Assembly (NCBI GenBank): GCA_965216315.1
Contig: CBDCFN010000016.1
Span: forward strand, 1,792,001-1,856,000
Direction of reading: 5' to 3'
From: a bacterium
GTDB lineage: Bacteria; UBA10199; 2-02-FULL-50-16; JAJFLM01
DNA length: 64,000 nucleotides
In this document: positions 50,704 through 60,000 of the stretch, one piece after another
Layout of the letters: every line of letters starts with the position of its first letter
Numbering within the stretch: the stretch's first letter is position 1
Position numbers and translations under genes: made by a program
Notes under the pieces: model-generated
Databases searched by the model: none
What the model was told of the DNA's origin: nothing
Seen by the model: only the letters and a program-made list of their open reading frames with translations

Positions 50704-51147
50704 TTAGGCAGCCTTTGCCGCAGTGCCTTCGTCTTTAGAATCGTTCGTAGGCGCGGTCAGCTCCGACGATAGTTGCTTGATCCACTCCAAGTCTCCATGG
50801 ACCCAGACATAAATCAAACCCAGTAAAAGTATCCCTACAAAGACAGCAATCTCGCCTAACGCCAACCAGCCCTGACCATTCGCCATCCATTCTTTAAAAA
50901 CGACCCCAACCGGCAACATCAAAGCGATTTCAACGTCGAAAATGATGAACAGTAACGCGATCAGATAAAAGCGCATGTTGAAGTTGATCCAGGCGGGACC
51001 AACGGGGACCTCCCCACACTCGTAAGTCGTTAATTTTTCAGCAGTTGGGACGGAGGGACGCACCAGTCGGCCCAGACTGAGTGAGACCATCACAAAGCCG
51101 AAGCCAACAAGGAAAAAGACTAATATATTCGACAAGTTGAGAGGCAT
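50704..51147 (-). CDS. nuoA: NADH-quinone oxidoreductase subunit A
   Basis: YECGE, FIIFDVE, GDLEW; aggag RBS before ATG 51147. Confidence 0.95.
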   Translation of the reverse strand: MPLNLSNILVFFLVGFGFVMVSLSLGRLVRPSVPTAEKLTTYECGEVPVGPAWINFNMRFYLIALLFIIFDVEIALMLPVGVVFKEWMANGQGWLALGEIAVFVGILLLGLIYVWVHGDLEWIKQLSSELTAPTNDSKDEGTAAKAA

Positions 51148-51295
51148 TTGACTCCTTGCATCAAACCGCGTCGTATACTTATCGAGGCCCCTGGGCATCG
51201 TCAAGGGCTTTATGATTAGAATCATGAGGAAATGCCTAGTCTTTCTCCGAATGCGGAGTTTGACAAGCGTACGGATGCCCCGTAAAGAAAGCTCC

Positions 51296-51718
51296 GTGTC
51301 AGCAACTTGGACAAAAGTGGCCCTGGTGAGCCTCGGAATGCTTATTTTAGCAAGCCCTGCCGGCTATGCGCAAGAGGCAGAGCCGGCCGCCGCTCCGGAG
51401 GAAGCCGAGACCAAGATCCCCGGAACCGGCTCTGACACCTTCATCCAGGTCCAAGTTCACAAGATTCTGCTGACGTTCGTGGACTTTCATAAACACGAGC
51501 CACTCCGGGCCGCGAAAGAACAAATGAGATCCATCCCCGGGGTCACGGATTTCATTCCCCATACGGCGACCAAGGGGCTCATCACCTATGATGTCCGTTA
51601 TTCAGGAACCCCTCGCCTCCTCATGAAAGCCCTCAAAGACACTATCGGCGTAAAATATGAGTTGGGTCTCAAAGAAATAGCTAAAAAAGAGTGGGAAATT
51701 ACGGTTCGAAAATTATAA
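51296..51718 (+). CDS. Exported hypothetical protein
   Basis: Signal-peptide-like ...LASPAGYA-QE; start uncertain (GTG 51296). Confidence 0.6.
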   Translation: MSATWTKVALVSLGMLILASPAGYAQEAEPAAAPEEAETKIPGTGSDTFIQVQVHKILLTFVDFHKHEPLRAAKEQMRSIPGVTDFIPHTATKGLITYDVRYSGTPRLLMKALKDTIGVKYELGLKEIAKKEWEITVRKL

Positions 51719-51730
51719 ACCCTAGCTACT

Positions 51731-52099
51731 TTGCTTCCTGAACTCATCGACATTATCGCCAAGAGTCGAGAACCGTACGATCGACGCGACTTCAACTCGG
51801 TCTTCTTTAAGCTCGTGCTTTTCTCGATGGCACTCTCATTCTTGGCCTCCAAATTAGCCGGCCATCTCCCCCCCTGGCTTGATCAGGCCTTGATGCCTAT
51901 CCTCGGACTGATCTGGGCCTTTGTCTTCGTGTTTATCTTCGCCGCGATCATCAGGCGCCTTCGAGACCTCCACTGGTCGCCTTGGCTCGCACTCGTCATG
52001 ATGATTCCGTTGGCGAATTTTATCTTGTTGTTGTTTTTGCTCTTGAGGAAAGGGCCGCTGACTGCGCAGCCCAACAGAGAAGACGACCACGCCGGCTAA
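51731..52099 (+). CDS. DUF805-like membrane protein
   Basis: IRRLRDLHWSPW...IPLAN motif. Confidence 0.75.
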   Translation: MLPELIDIIAKSREPYDRRDFNSVFFKLVLFSMALSFLASKLAGHLPPWLDQALMPILGLIWAFVFVFIFAAIIRRLRDLHWSPWLALVMMIPLANFILLLFLLLRKGPLTAQPNREDDHAG

Positions 52100-52108
52100 A
52101 GTGCGATT

Positions 52109-52576
52109 TCACTTTATGACTTCATTCACATGTGCGGAAGCAGCATTGTATTTGTAAACGAGTTCCCCCCCGCTATGACCGACAAGAGCCGCTACTATCA
52201 GATTGGCGATGACTCCAGCGAAGCAAAGCCCCCTAATGAAATTTCCGTAACGCGGATGCGGCCAAAGACCGGCAACAAGCAACAGACAGAGAACTCCTGA
52301 GACCCACACAAAAACCTCTGCTTTCTCCTCATGCGCCTCTATCACTTGTTCGTTGACGACCCGCTCGACAATCTCTTCATCCTGCTCGCCCGCATTCATA
52401 GCCAGCAAACCGGTTCCAAATAAGATTAATTGCAACAGGATGAGAAATACCCACGTCCTGGAAGGGATCCACCTTTTAAGAATTGCAATCCAGATCCCGA
52501 GCACTAGAATAGGCATGATCAACGCAATACCTAGCGGAACATGAACAACGGCCGGATGCAGTGGAATATCAAACAT
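52109..52576 (-). CDS. DUF2231-like membrane protein
   Basis: LHPAVVHVP...HEE.A...GHSGGELVY. Confidence 0.75.
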   Translation of the reverse strand: MFDIPLHPAVVHVPLGIALIMPILVLGIWIAILKRWIPSRTWVFLILLQLILFGTGLLAMNAGEQDEEIVERVVNEQVIEAHEEKAEVFVWVSGVLCLLLVAGLWPHPRYGNFIRGLCFAGVIANLIVAALVGHSGGELVYKYNAASAHVNEVIK

Positions 52577-52654
52577 AAAAACCTCCTGGTTTCATCTTAT
52601 GATATTACCTCTGCTTCAAATTTCCGGCTATGATATCGCTCAGATTAAACGTAC

Positions 52655-52694
52655 AAAAAAGCTGCTAGACCACAGGGGCCTAACAGCTTTTTTT
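52655..52694 (-). terminator. Probable terminator after the tRNA
   Basis: aaaaaagctg...cagctttttt imperfect inverted repeat. Confidence 0.5.
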
Positions 52695-52695
52695 G

Positions 52696-52769
52696 CGCGC
52701 CCGGAAGGATTCGAACCTCCGACCCCCTGGTTCGTAGCCAGGTACTCTATCCAGCTGAGCCACGGGCGC
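52696..52769 (-). tRNA. tRNA-Arg(ACG), CCA not encoded
   Basis: GCGCCCG acceptor stem, D-arm GCTCAGCTGGATAGAG, anticodon loop CTACGAA, T-loop GGTTCGAATCC. Confidence 0.97.
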
Positions 52770-52773
52770 TTCA

Positions 52774-52844
52774 TAGGGGCTTGCGTCGCCCCCTCCAGAA
52801 GCAAAGCTCCTGGAGCCTCCCCCTCTCGCTCGCTCTGCTCGCTA
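52774..52844. repeat. 71-bp REP/MITE-like element, copy 2
   Basis: Near-identical to copy 1; 4 nt upstream of the tRNA. Confidence 0.9.
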
Positions 52845-52860
52845 GGGAAGGCTTCAACAA

Positions 52861-52892
52861 AAGTAAGGGCGGTTCACGAACCGCCCTTACTT
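52861..52892. repeat. Palindrome resembling a GTAG-family REP
   Basis: aagtaagggcggttc-ac-gaaccgcccttactt. Confidence 0.7.
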
Positions 52893-52918
52893 CAATTCAA
52901 TATATCACAATAAACTAA

Positions 52919-53248
52919 TTAAATCTTGCCTTGGAGCAAGAATGCAATAACCAGCGCATAAATGACCAGCGACTCGATCAGGGCCAGCGCGATGATCATC
53001 GGGGTCTGCACCTTACCGGCAGCACCTGGGTTGCGAGCGATTCCCTCAAGGGCCGCCGTTGCCGCCTTACTCTGACCAAAGGCACCACCAACAGCGGCAA
53101 TCGCAATACCGAAACCAGCCGCCAGGGCCAGGGCTGACTTAACGTCGCCACTCGTGCCGCCCATCGCACCATGATCTTGAGCCCAAGCCATCGCCGGGCC
53201 TAAAGTTGCAACGAAAGATGCTACCAACATCCAAAAATATTTCCGCAT
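52919..53248 (-). CDS. atpE: ATP synthase F0 subunit c
   Basis: [16 protein letters not shown]-terminal extension. Confidence 0.95.
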   Translation of the reverse strand: MRKYFWMLVASFVATLGPAMAWAQDHGAMGGTSGDVKSALALAAGFGIAIAAVGGAFGQSKAATAALEGIARNPGAAGKVQTPMIIALALIESLVIYALVIAFLLQGKI

Positions 53249-53280
53249 GAGAGTCTCCTTAAATAGTTCCAATTTAATAT

Positions 53281-53973
53281 CTAATGTTCATGCTCTGTGG
53301 CCAAGCCCACGTAAATGAGCGACAACAGAGAAAAAACAAAGGCCTGAATAAAGGCCACAAAAACACCCAAACCAAGAAAGATTACCGGAACCAATAACGG
53401 CACCAGATCTGAGAAAATTCCCAGCACCAAGTGATCCCCAGTAATATTTCCGAACAAACGCAATGACAACGAAACCGGCCGCACCACGTGTCCAATTAAC
53501 TCAATAACCAGCATTAAAGGTGCCAGCCAAATAATAGGACCCATAAAATGCTTCAGATAACCGGGTCCATGTTCCTTAAAACCTACGTAATTATAATAAA
53601 CAAAAACCGTTAGGCCGCAGGCCAGGTTGGTATTGATATTGTCCGTCGGGGGCAGAAAACCTGGAATCACCGACAAGAGATTACATAAAAAGATATAAAT
53701 GAAGAGTGACCCGATGATCGGCAAGAACCGTGGAGCCGACTTGCCCGCGATTCCTTCAACAAGACTCAAGAGCTGCTCGACGGCCACTTCAAAAATATTC
53801 GTCAGACTTCCCTTGGATTCGGGAACCAGCCGCGCCTCAACATTGCGCAATTTTAGATACACGGGAATCGTCAATAACGCGATCACGGCGACGACAAGCG
53901 TCGAATACATCATGTGGACATTATGATGATCGACTTTCTCAAAAAATAACTGCGCCCAAGTAAAATGATGCAC
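53281..53973 (-). CDS. atpB: ATP synthase F0 subunit a
   Basis: [23 protein letters not shown]. Confidence 0.95.
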   Translation of the reverse strand: MHHFTWAQLFFEKVDHHNVHMMYSTLVVAVIALLTIPVYLKLRNVEARLVPESKGSLTNIFEVAVEQLLSLVEGIAGKSAPRFLPIIGSLFIYIFLCNLLSVIPGFLPPTDNINTNLACGLTVFVYYNYVGFKEHGPGYLKHFMGPIIWLAPLMLVIELIGHVVRPVSLSLRLFGNITGDHLVLGIFSDLVPLLVPVIFLGLGVFVAFIQAFVFSLLSLIYVGLATEHEH

Positions 53974-53974
53974 G

Positions 53975-54439
53975 TCAACTTTCCTCTTCGGTCTGAGGGC
54001 CAACAAGACCCCAAATACCTTCCAACACGATTCCGATGACGATACAGGAGAGACCCACTAAAAAGGGCACCACCACAATCGGAACTTTTAATACAACATA
54101 GCCCAGGACCCCGAACAATACCGCCGCCTTGGCGATAAAGATCAACAAGAGCCGCTTTGAACTCGTCTCTTCGCGGTTAATGAGTCCTGTTACGAGGCGC
54201 TCCAGGAGCCAAAAATTGGCTACGGCAATCGCAATCCCAATGGCAACGCTGAGAGTGGCCGTACGACTCACAAAGAACAGGCTCCCAACCAGTAAGAGGA
54301 GCCCCGCAACGAGGCTCTTTATCCAAATGGACCGTGTTCTTGTCAAGATTTTCTGCCTTCCTTTGGGGCTCGCGTCGCCCCCTCCACCGGCAAAGCCGGA
54401 CGGAGCCTCCCCCTGTCGCTCACTTTGCTCGCTAAACAC
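53975..54439 (-). CDS. atpI: ATP synthase protein I (N-terminus derived from the repeat)
   Basis: Four TM, ANFWLL motif, position upstream of atpB. Confidence 0.75.
   Translation of the reverse strand: MFSEQSERQGEAPSGFAGGGGDASPKGRQKILTRTRSIWIKSLVAGLLLLVGSLFFVSRTATLSVAIGIAIAVANFWLLERLVTGLINREETSSKRLLLIFIAKAAVLFGVLGYVVLKVPIVVVPFLVGLSCIVIGIVLEGIWGLVGPQTEEES
54364..54434. repeat. REP/MITE-like element, diverged copy 3
   Basis: ggggctcgcgtcgccccctccaccggcaaagccggacggagcctcccc...gctcgcta; compensatory stem changes. Confidence 0.85.
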
Positions 54440-54443
54440 TGAT

Positions 54444-54707
54444 TCATGAATCGCCTTTACTATTATCTGAACGCCGTTGTTTCCAATTCATAATTCGGAT
54501 CAAGTTATAAAAACCGCCGGTACTGCCTAAAAGCAGACCAACCAGGGTCAACCAGGGACCCGTCCCCCAGTGTTCATCGGCTAGATAACCGACATACAAG
54601 CCCCCCACCACGGCAAAAGCGAGCTGAAAGCCTACGGCTCCGTAGATACCAAAGGCGACGATAAATGAATCCTTGTTGCCCGAATCATCCTTCTTAGGGC
54701 TCATCAA
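54444..54707 (-). CDS. AtpZ/AtpI family membrane protein
   Basis: GYLADEHWGTGPWLTLVGLLLG motif; upstream of atpI. Confidence 0.85.
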   Translation of the reverse strand: MMSPKKDDSGNKDSFIVAFGIYGAVGFQLAFAVVGGLYVGYLADEHWGTGPWLTLVGLLLGSTGGFYNLIRIMNWKQRRSDNSKGDS

Positions 54708-55996
54708 AGCGACTCCAAGGCGCGACCGGCCGCCTCGATGGTCTGAGCAATTTCTTCCTCGCCGTGGGCGATGGACAAGAACCAGGCCTCATAGGGAGAC
54801 GGAGGTGGATAGACCCCCTGCTCTAGCAAGCTATGGTAAAAACCCTTGAAACGATCAGCACTTATCCCTTGAACCTCATCATAATTATCAACTTGTTTTG
54901 CAGCGGTGAAAAAGAAGGAAAACATGGAGCCGATGCGAGCCACGACCATAGGAACGCCGCAACAATCCGCTTCGGCCTTGACGCCATCGCAGAGCGTCTT
55001 GGCACTTCGATTGAGCTCCTTATAGGGATTAAGTGCCTGCAACTCCCTGACAGTTGCCAAGCCCGCCGCCATGGCCAGGGGATTTCCCGACAGCGTCCCG
55101 GCCTGATAGACGGGTCCTTCCGGCGCCAATTGTTGCATCAAGTCGGCTCGCCCTCCAAACGCCCCAACCGGCAGACCTCCGCCAATGACCTTACCCAAGC
55201 AGGTCAGGTCCGGCTCAATCCCGTACAATTCCTGGGCCCCACCAAAGGCCAAACGAAAACCCGTCATGACCTCATCAAAAATCAGCAGAACCCCTTCCGC
55301 CCGCGCGAGCTGCGAGAGCTCCTGCAGAAAAGTCCCCTGCGGCGCCACGAGGCCCATGTTGCCACAAACCGGTTCTATAATGATGGCCGCTACTGACCCT
55401 TGATTCTCACCCAAGAGTTTTTTCACGTGGTCGAGATCGTTGTAGCGCGCGAGCAAGGTATGGGCCGCAAAATCGGCGGGCACCCCGGCACTGTTCGGCA
55501 CCCCCAAGGTCGTTGCACCGGAACCTGCCTTGACGAGCAAATAATCCGCATGGCCATGATAGGCCCCTTCAAACTTGATAATCTTGTCCCGGCCGGTGGC
55601 TCCACGCGCCAAGCGGATCGCACTCATCGTCGCCTCGGTGCCCGAATTGACGAAGCGGACCCGTTCCATGCTCGGGTAGGCCTGCCGAATCAATTCTGCA
55701 AACGTGACCTCCTGAACGGTCGGTGCTCCAAAGCTCGTGCCTGACTCGGCGGCTGCATTGATGGCCGCCACCACCTTGGGATGCGTGTGTCCGAGTATCA
55801 TCGGCCCCCACGACCCAACGTAATCGATGTATTGATTGTCATCGACGTCCCAAAGGTAGGCACCTTTTGCCCTCGCGATGAACGGGGGCGTCCCGCCAAC
55901 CGAACCAAAGGCGCGCACCGGACTATTCACACCACCGACGAGGGACTCCTGAGCCCTCCTAAAGGCCTGCTCTGATTTATCAAAGGAATTCGACAT
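54704..55996 (-). CDS. hemL: Glutamate-1-semialdehyde 2,1-aminomutase
   Basis: GGVNSPVRAF, NSGTEA, FDEVMTGFR, GKVIGGGLP, QAGTLSGNP. Confidence 0.96.
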   Translation of the reverse strand: MSNSFDKSEQAFRRAQESLVGGVNSPVRAFGSVGGTPPFIARAKGAYLWDVDDNQYIDYVGSWGPMILGHTHPKVVAAINAAAESGTSFGAPTVQEVTFAELIRQAYPSMERVRFVNSGTEATMSAIRLARGATGRDKIIKFEGAYHGHADYLLVKAGSGATTLGVPNSAGVPADFAAHTLLARYNDLDHVKKLLGENQGSVAAIIIEPVCGNMGLVAPQGTFLQELSQLARAEGVLLIFDEVMTGFRLAFGGAQELYGIEPDLTCLGKVIGGGLPVGAFGGRADLMQQLAPEGPVYQAGTLSGNPLAMAAGLATVRELQALNPYKELNRSAKTLCDGVKAEADCCGVPMVVARIGSMFSFFFTAAKQVDNYDEVQGISADRFKGFYHSLLEQGVYPPPSPYEAWFLSIAHGEEEIAQTIEAAGRALESL

Positions 55997-56106
55997 GATA
56001 GGCTGAGCTAGCACTTTCACCGCAGGGGCGCAAGAGCCGTCCTCAGCAAAACCCCCTAGAATAGCGAAACATTTTCCGAAATACGCAGATAAAGGCGTAA
56101 TCGATC

Positions 56107-57027
56107 ATGTTAATGGCAACCTCACCCATATTGGCAGCGGGCCAGCTTACGAGCGCATGTCGTCCCCTCGCAATCCTGCAAGAGTGGAGCCAAAGCCTCC
56201 AACAACTCGGTCCCGACTTACAGGACTCCGATGGCCTGAAAAATGCGCAGCGGCTTGTCCCGTCACTGCAGGCGCAAGGCTTGACGAAGCTCGCAAGACG
56301 CGTCAATGAACGCGGCGCACCCGCTCTGCTCGAACTCAGCCCGCAGTCACGTTTGGCAATTTTCTCAGACATCGCAACGACGCTCAGTCCTCACCATCAG
56401 CTCGACTTACGCAACGAAAGCACCCGCATCAACAACGCACGCGGCATCAAACGACCGATAAGTCTCTTAAGCTTTGGTCTCTTGGCAAAAGACAGTTCAC
56501 CGGAGGCGATATCTATTCTCGATTATCATTTTCCTTATGGGCACGGGATCGGCTTAATGTTGGAACCTGCTTTCGGAGGAGCGCAAGAAACGGGCCATCA
56601 GCTGTACTATGCGGCAGACACTCAACTTGACCCGGAAGGTTATGGAGTTCCTCGTGGCTTTACAGCACTCGATGGAACGAATGCTCTCGAAATCGGCGGA
56701 CTAAGGGTCATCGGCCTGGACAAAGCTTTGCACAAAAATCCACCACGCAGTCAAACGCCGGTTGATATTGTAATAACCAGCTCTCTCTTAAAAGAGCATG
56801 ACGACTGGAGTCTGCGCGTCATTGAGGCGCTTTCCCCGACACTCTTCTTACATCATACCCGCGAAGACACGGTTCATGCCATTCATCACGAGACCCGAAT
56901 ACTGGGACTGGGACCCGCCATGTATCGCTATGCCCACATCGTCTTCAATCCTCACTCGCCGGACGGACCCCTGCAAGTCGCCATCCATGCAACCGAGTCA
57001 GGCGAAGAACTATACGGATACTACTGA
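56107..57027 (+). CDS. Hypothetical protein
   Basis: 306-aa ORF preceded by GAAAC-N14-GCAGATAA. Confidence 0.6.
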   Translation: MLMATSPILAAGQLTSACRPLAILQEWSQSLQQLGPDLQDSDGLKNAQRLVPSLQAQGLTKLARRVNERGAPALLELSPQSRLAIFSDIATTLSPHHQLDLRNESTRINNARGIKRPISLLSFGLLAKDSSPEAISILDYHFPYGHGIGLMLEPAFGGAQETGHQLYYAADTQLDPEGYGVPRGFTALDGTNALEIGGLRVIGLDKALHKNPPRSQTPVDIVITSSLLKEHDDWSLRVIEALSPTLFLHHTREDTVHAIHHETRILGLGPAMYRYAHIVFNPHSPDGPLQVAIHATESGEELYGYY

Positions 57028-60000
57028 CCGACAGCCATCTCCGCGGGAAGCTCACCCGCTTCTAAATGGATTTCAAGCGTGAGTTCCATCCGACGTAATT
57101 CCGGACGAATCTTTCTAACCCGTGAGTTGACCGGAAAATCAACCATCAGTACCGGACGCCCATTCTGTGTCGTCTGAAAAACATAATAGCCTTGCGCTTT
57201 TATCCCCTCAATCAGACCGGTCAACTCGGCGGGATTTTTGACAAAGACATCAACCCCTAAGAAACTTTCCGGGCTTAACCAGAGGAAACTTTTCGCGGGA
57301 TTTGCCGGGTCGACACTGCCATGTATTTCCTGAATCGGTCGATAGTTCCATTCAAATTCCACTCCGCCCTTACTCCGTAATGAGTGACCAATTAAAAAGA
57401 CATCCATCGGCTCTGCTGCCCGTCGCGCAAACTGCAAGGAATTCATATATCGAATATCAACTTGATTATAGAGTGACGGTCTCAATCGGGTGGAGATATA
57501 GGCCTCTAATAAGGTCGGCACGTCTAGGGGCATCTCCCCCGCCTGCATGCGCCTGACGGCTTCGCCTATGCCACGATGTTGGATAGCAGAAAGATCCATC
57601 GCGGAGAGTTCACTGAAAATCTCCTGTGCCAAGGCCGCATCCTGTTTCATGAACTCCGGAGAGCTTTCGTCGAGACGAGTCAATTCACGCATGCGTTGTC
57701 CCCAGGACTCGGTCTTCTTGACCTGCCCCAGAAAAGTGCGAGCTTCGAGCTGGTAGTCGGCCACCTGCTCCGGGGTCCAATTGGTCTCTTGCTTCAAGGC
57801 TTCCGGTGTCATCTTAACAACGCGTTCAAGTTCAGCCCGAATCTCGGGATCCGCAAAATAGTCGTTGAAGGCATTCGCATCGCGGCGCCAGTCGCCGGCG
57901 GCCTGTTGAAGCTTGAGGGTTGGTATTTCGGCTAGTTTTTCACTGAGCGTCACTGCCGTCTCAGAAGTCCCCGACCTTGAAGGATCGGGCGGCGGCGGTG
58001 CGTCATTCGCGGCAACCTGCTTTTTGTTTCCTTTCCCTTCAGCAAAGGTAACATCTTCGGTAGAGGCCGGCACAGGCTCAACGATTTTACCCTCGGCTTT
58101 TGTCACCTCATCAGCACCACTTGACGGTGGTGTCTTCGCAACTTTGCCTTCGACTTTTGTCACTTCTGCAGGCTTCAGGCTTTCAGGCGCCGCTGGAGCC
58201 ATCGGCTTAACCACCTTGCCTTCGACAAACGTCACTTCATCAGGGGCAGCCGTTTCAACAATCGGTTTCGGGCGATCAACCACCGTTACTTCAGGAGAAT
58301 CTCCACCGTCCTTGATTGATACATCTTCTTTAATCTGTTGCGTCCGCTTCCAAATCACTTGTTCTGTCTTGGAATAACCACCGCTACGAACCTGATTATT
58401 CACCCAACGCCCGTAATGCATGCCCAGCAAATTGCGAATCGTCTCGCCGGCAAGACGCTCCGAAAATGTGTATGGACTGTCATGATCCATCACGATGTCA
58501 CCAGCATAGGTCATGGCCGTCGCCACACTTGTCTGCGTCGATAACTCACCAGCAAAATTAAACACGCGCCCTTCTGGATTCATCCTTAAGAAACGAGCGA
58601 CCTTTGGATTCACAACTTTCCAGCCCAAATGACCGCAATGGAAGGCCCGACTCATAATAGTTGCAAAGCCCGCGTTCTTCCAGCTGAAATCCCGTTGTTG
58701 CAACAGCGATGATGTCCCTTCGATCATAAGACCTTCAGTCGCGGAACCGGCCCATACAGTGACAAAACCCGCCCCAAAACGTCGCACCCCGGTCTGGGCA
58801 CTGAGCTTTAAGGCACTACCGACACCGACACGTACGAGTTGGCCGGCTCCCATTGCCAAGGGCAAAGTCACTGCCGTAATCACAACTTCGTCGACGATTG
58901 CATCGATACTATCATCCGAAAGATTCCAAAATTGATCGAGTGGATCTTTCATATCTTCGTAGATGGCCCACGCATCGGCCGCGATCGGATCATTCACTCG
59001 CATCTCACCCGATTCGTAATCGGCTTGAAGGCTCGCAAAAGCGATTTTGTGAAGTCGTCTCTCGATTTCAAGTTCGACGGACACATCAACCATCTGTTCA
59101 ATTTCAGCTTCAGTCGGTTGACCACTTGGAAATCGCTCGGCGTATTGACTTGGATTGGCTTCTTTCGCCTCCGCCAGACTGTCCATGACCTTGCTGTGAA
59201 AATCATTCCGGTCGCCTTCGACGGCATCCCGCACGTCTTGGCTCACTGTGTCCGGAATAACCGCTAGAGCCTCCTGCAAAGGCTCCGCAAACAACTGTTC
59301 GAGGATTTGACCAGCAACGGCATAAGAGCCGTTGCGATGACGTACTTGTTGCGCGACGGACAGAAGATGCTTACGCTTGCCATCCGGTGTCTTCATCGCT
59401 TCGAGACCTTCACGCGTCTCCAGCGAATACAATGTCAAAAAGTCTTTGTCACGAACGCCAATATTCGTCCAATGCCCATACTGACCGAAAAGGCCTTCAT
59501 AACGCAGCGGATTCTCGGCATGCGAAACATTCCCTGCAGCCGTTAATTTGCCGAATTCTTTCTGGATATCATCGCGATGTCTTAAGATTTGATAATCTCT
59601 ATTGAGCTGCATACTCGAATGAATACGCACACCACCGTCCCGCTCGATTAAAACAACCCGCTCGCCCTCGGCGGGTGGGAAATAATACGCCTTATGTGTA
59701 TCCGTCCGAATAATCCCACCTTCAGATCCAATCGAAACACGCACGATGCGTGGTTGATTACGACCACTCGAAGTCCGCAACATCCCACCGGAAACCGTGA
59801 CGTTCGTCACCTCAGGGTGTGTTGCCGAAGTATCGGCAAACCAATCGCGCAGGAAGGTAAGAGCTACACTACGTTCTTCCTTGTCCTGTGTCGATCCGTA
59901 CGATGGCGCCTCGTAAATCAGGTTGACATCCCATCCTCTTTGCACGACGGGATTCGTTGCAAACTGTTCTTGAAGCCGTTGATGCTCACTCTGCAGATAC

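Noticed and set aside
52599..52913. 104-aa plus-strand ORF
   Set aside because: Antisense to tRNA-Arg and the repeats; spurious
52919..53248. Na+-specific ATP synthase (Q...ES..Y in subunit c)
   Set aside because: The motif is ESLVIY, lacking the Thr of the EST signature; ion specificity cannot be called. The N-terminal extension is common in deltaproteobacterial c subunits.
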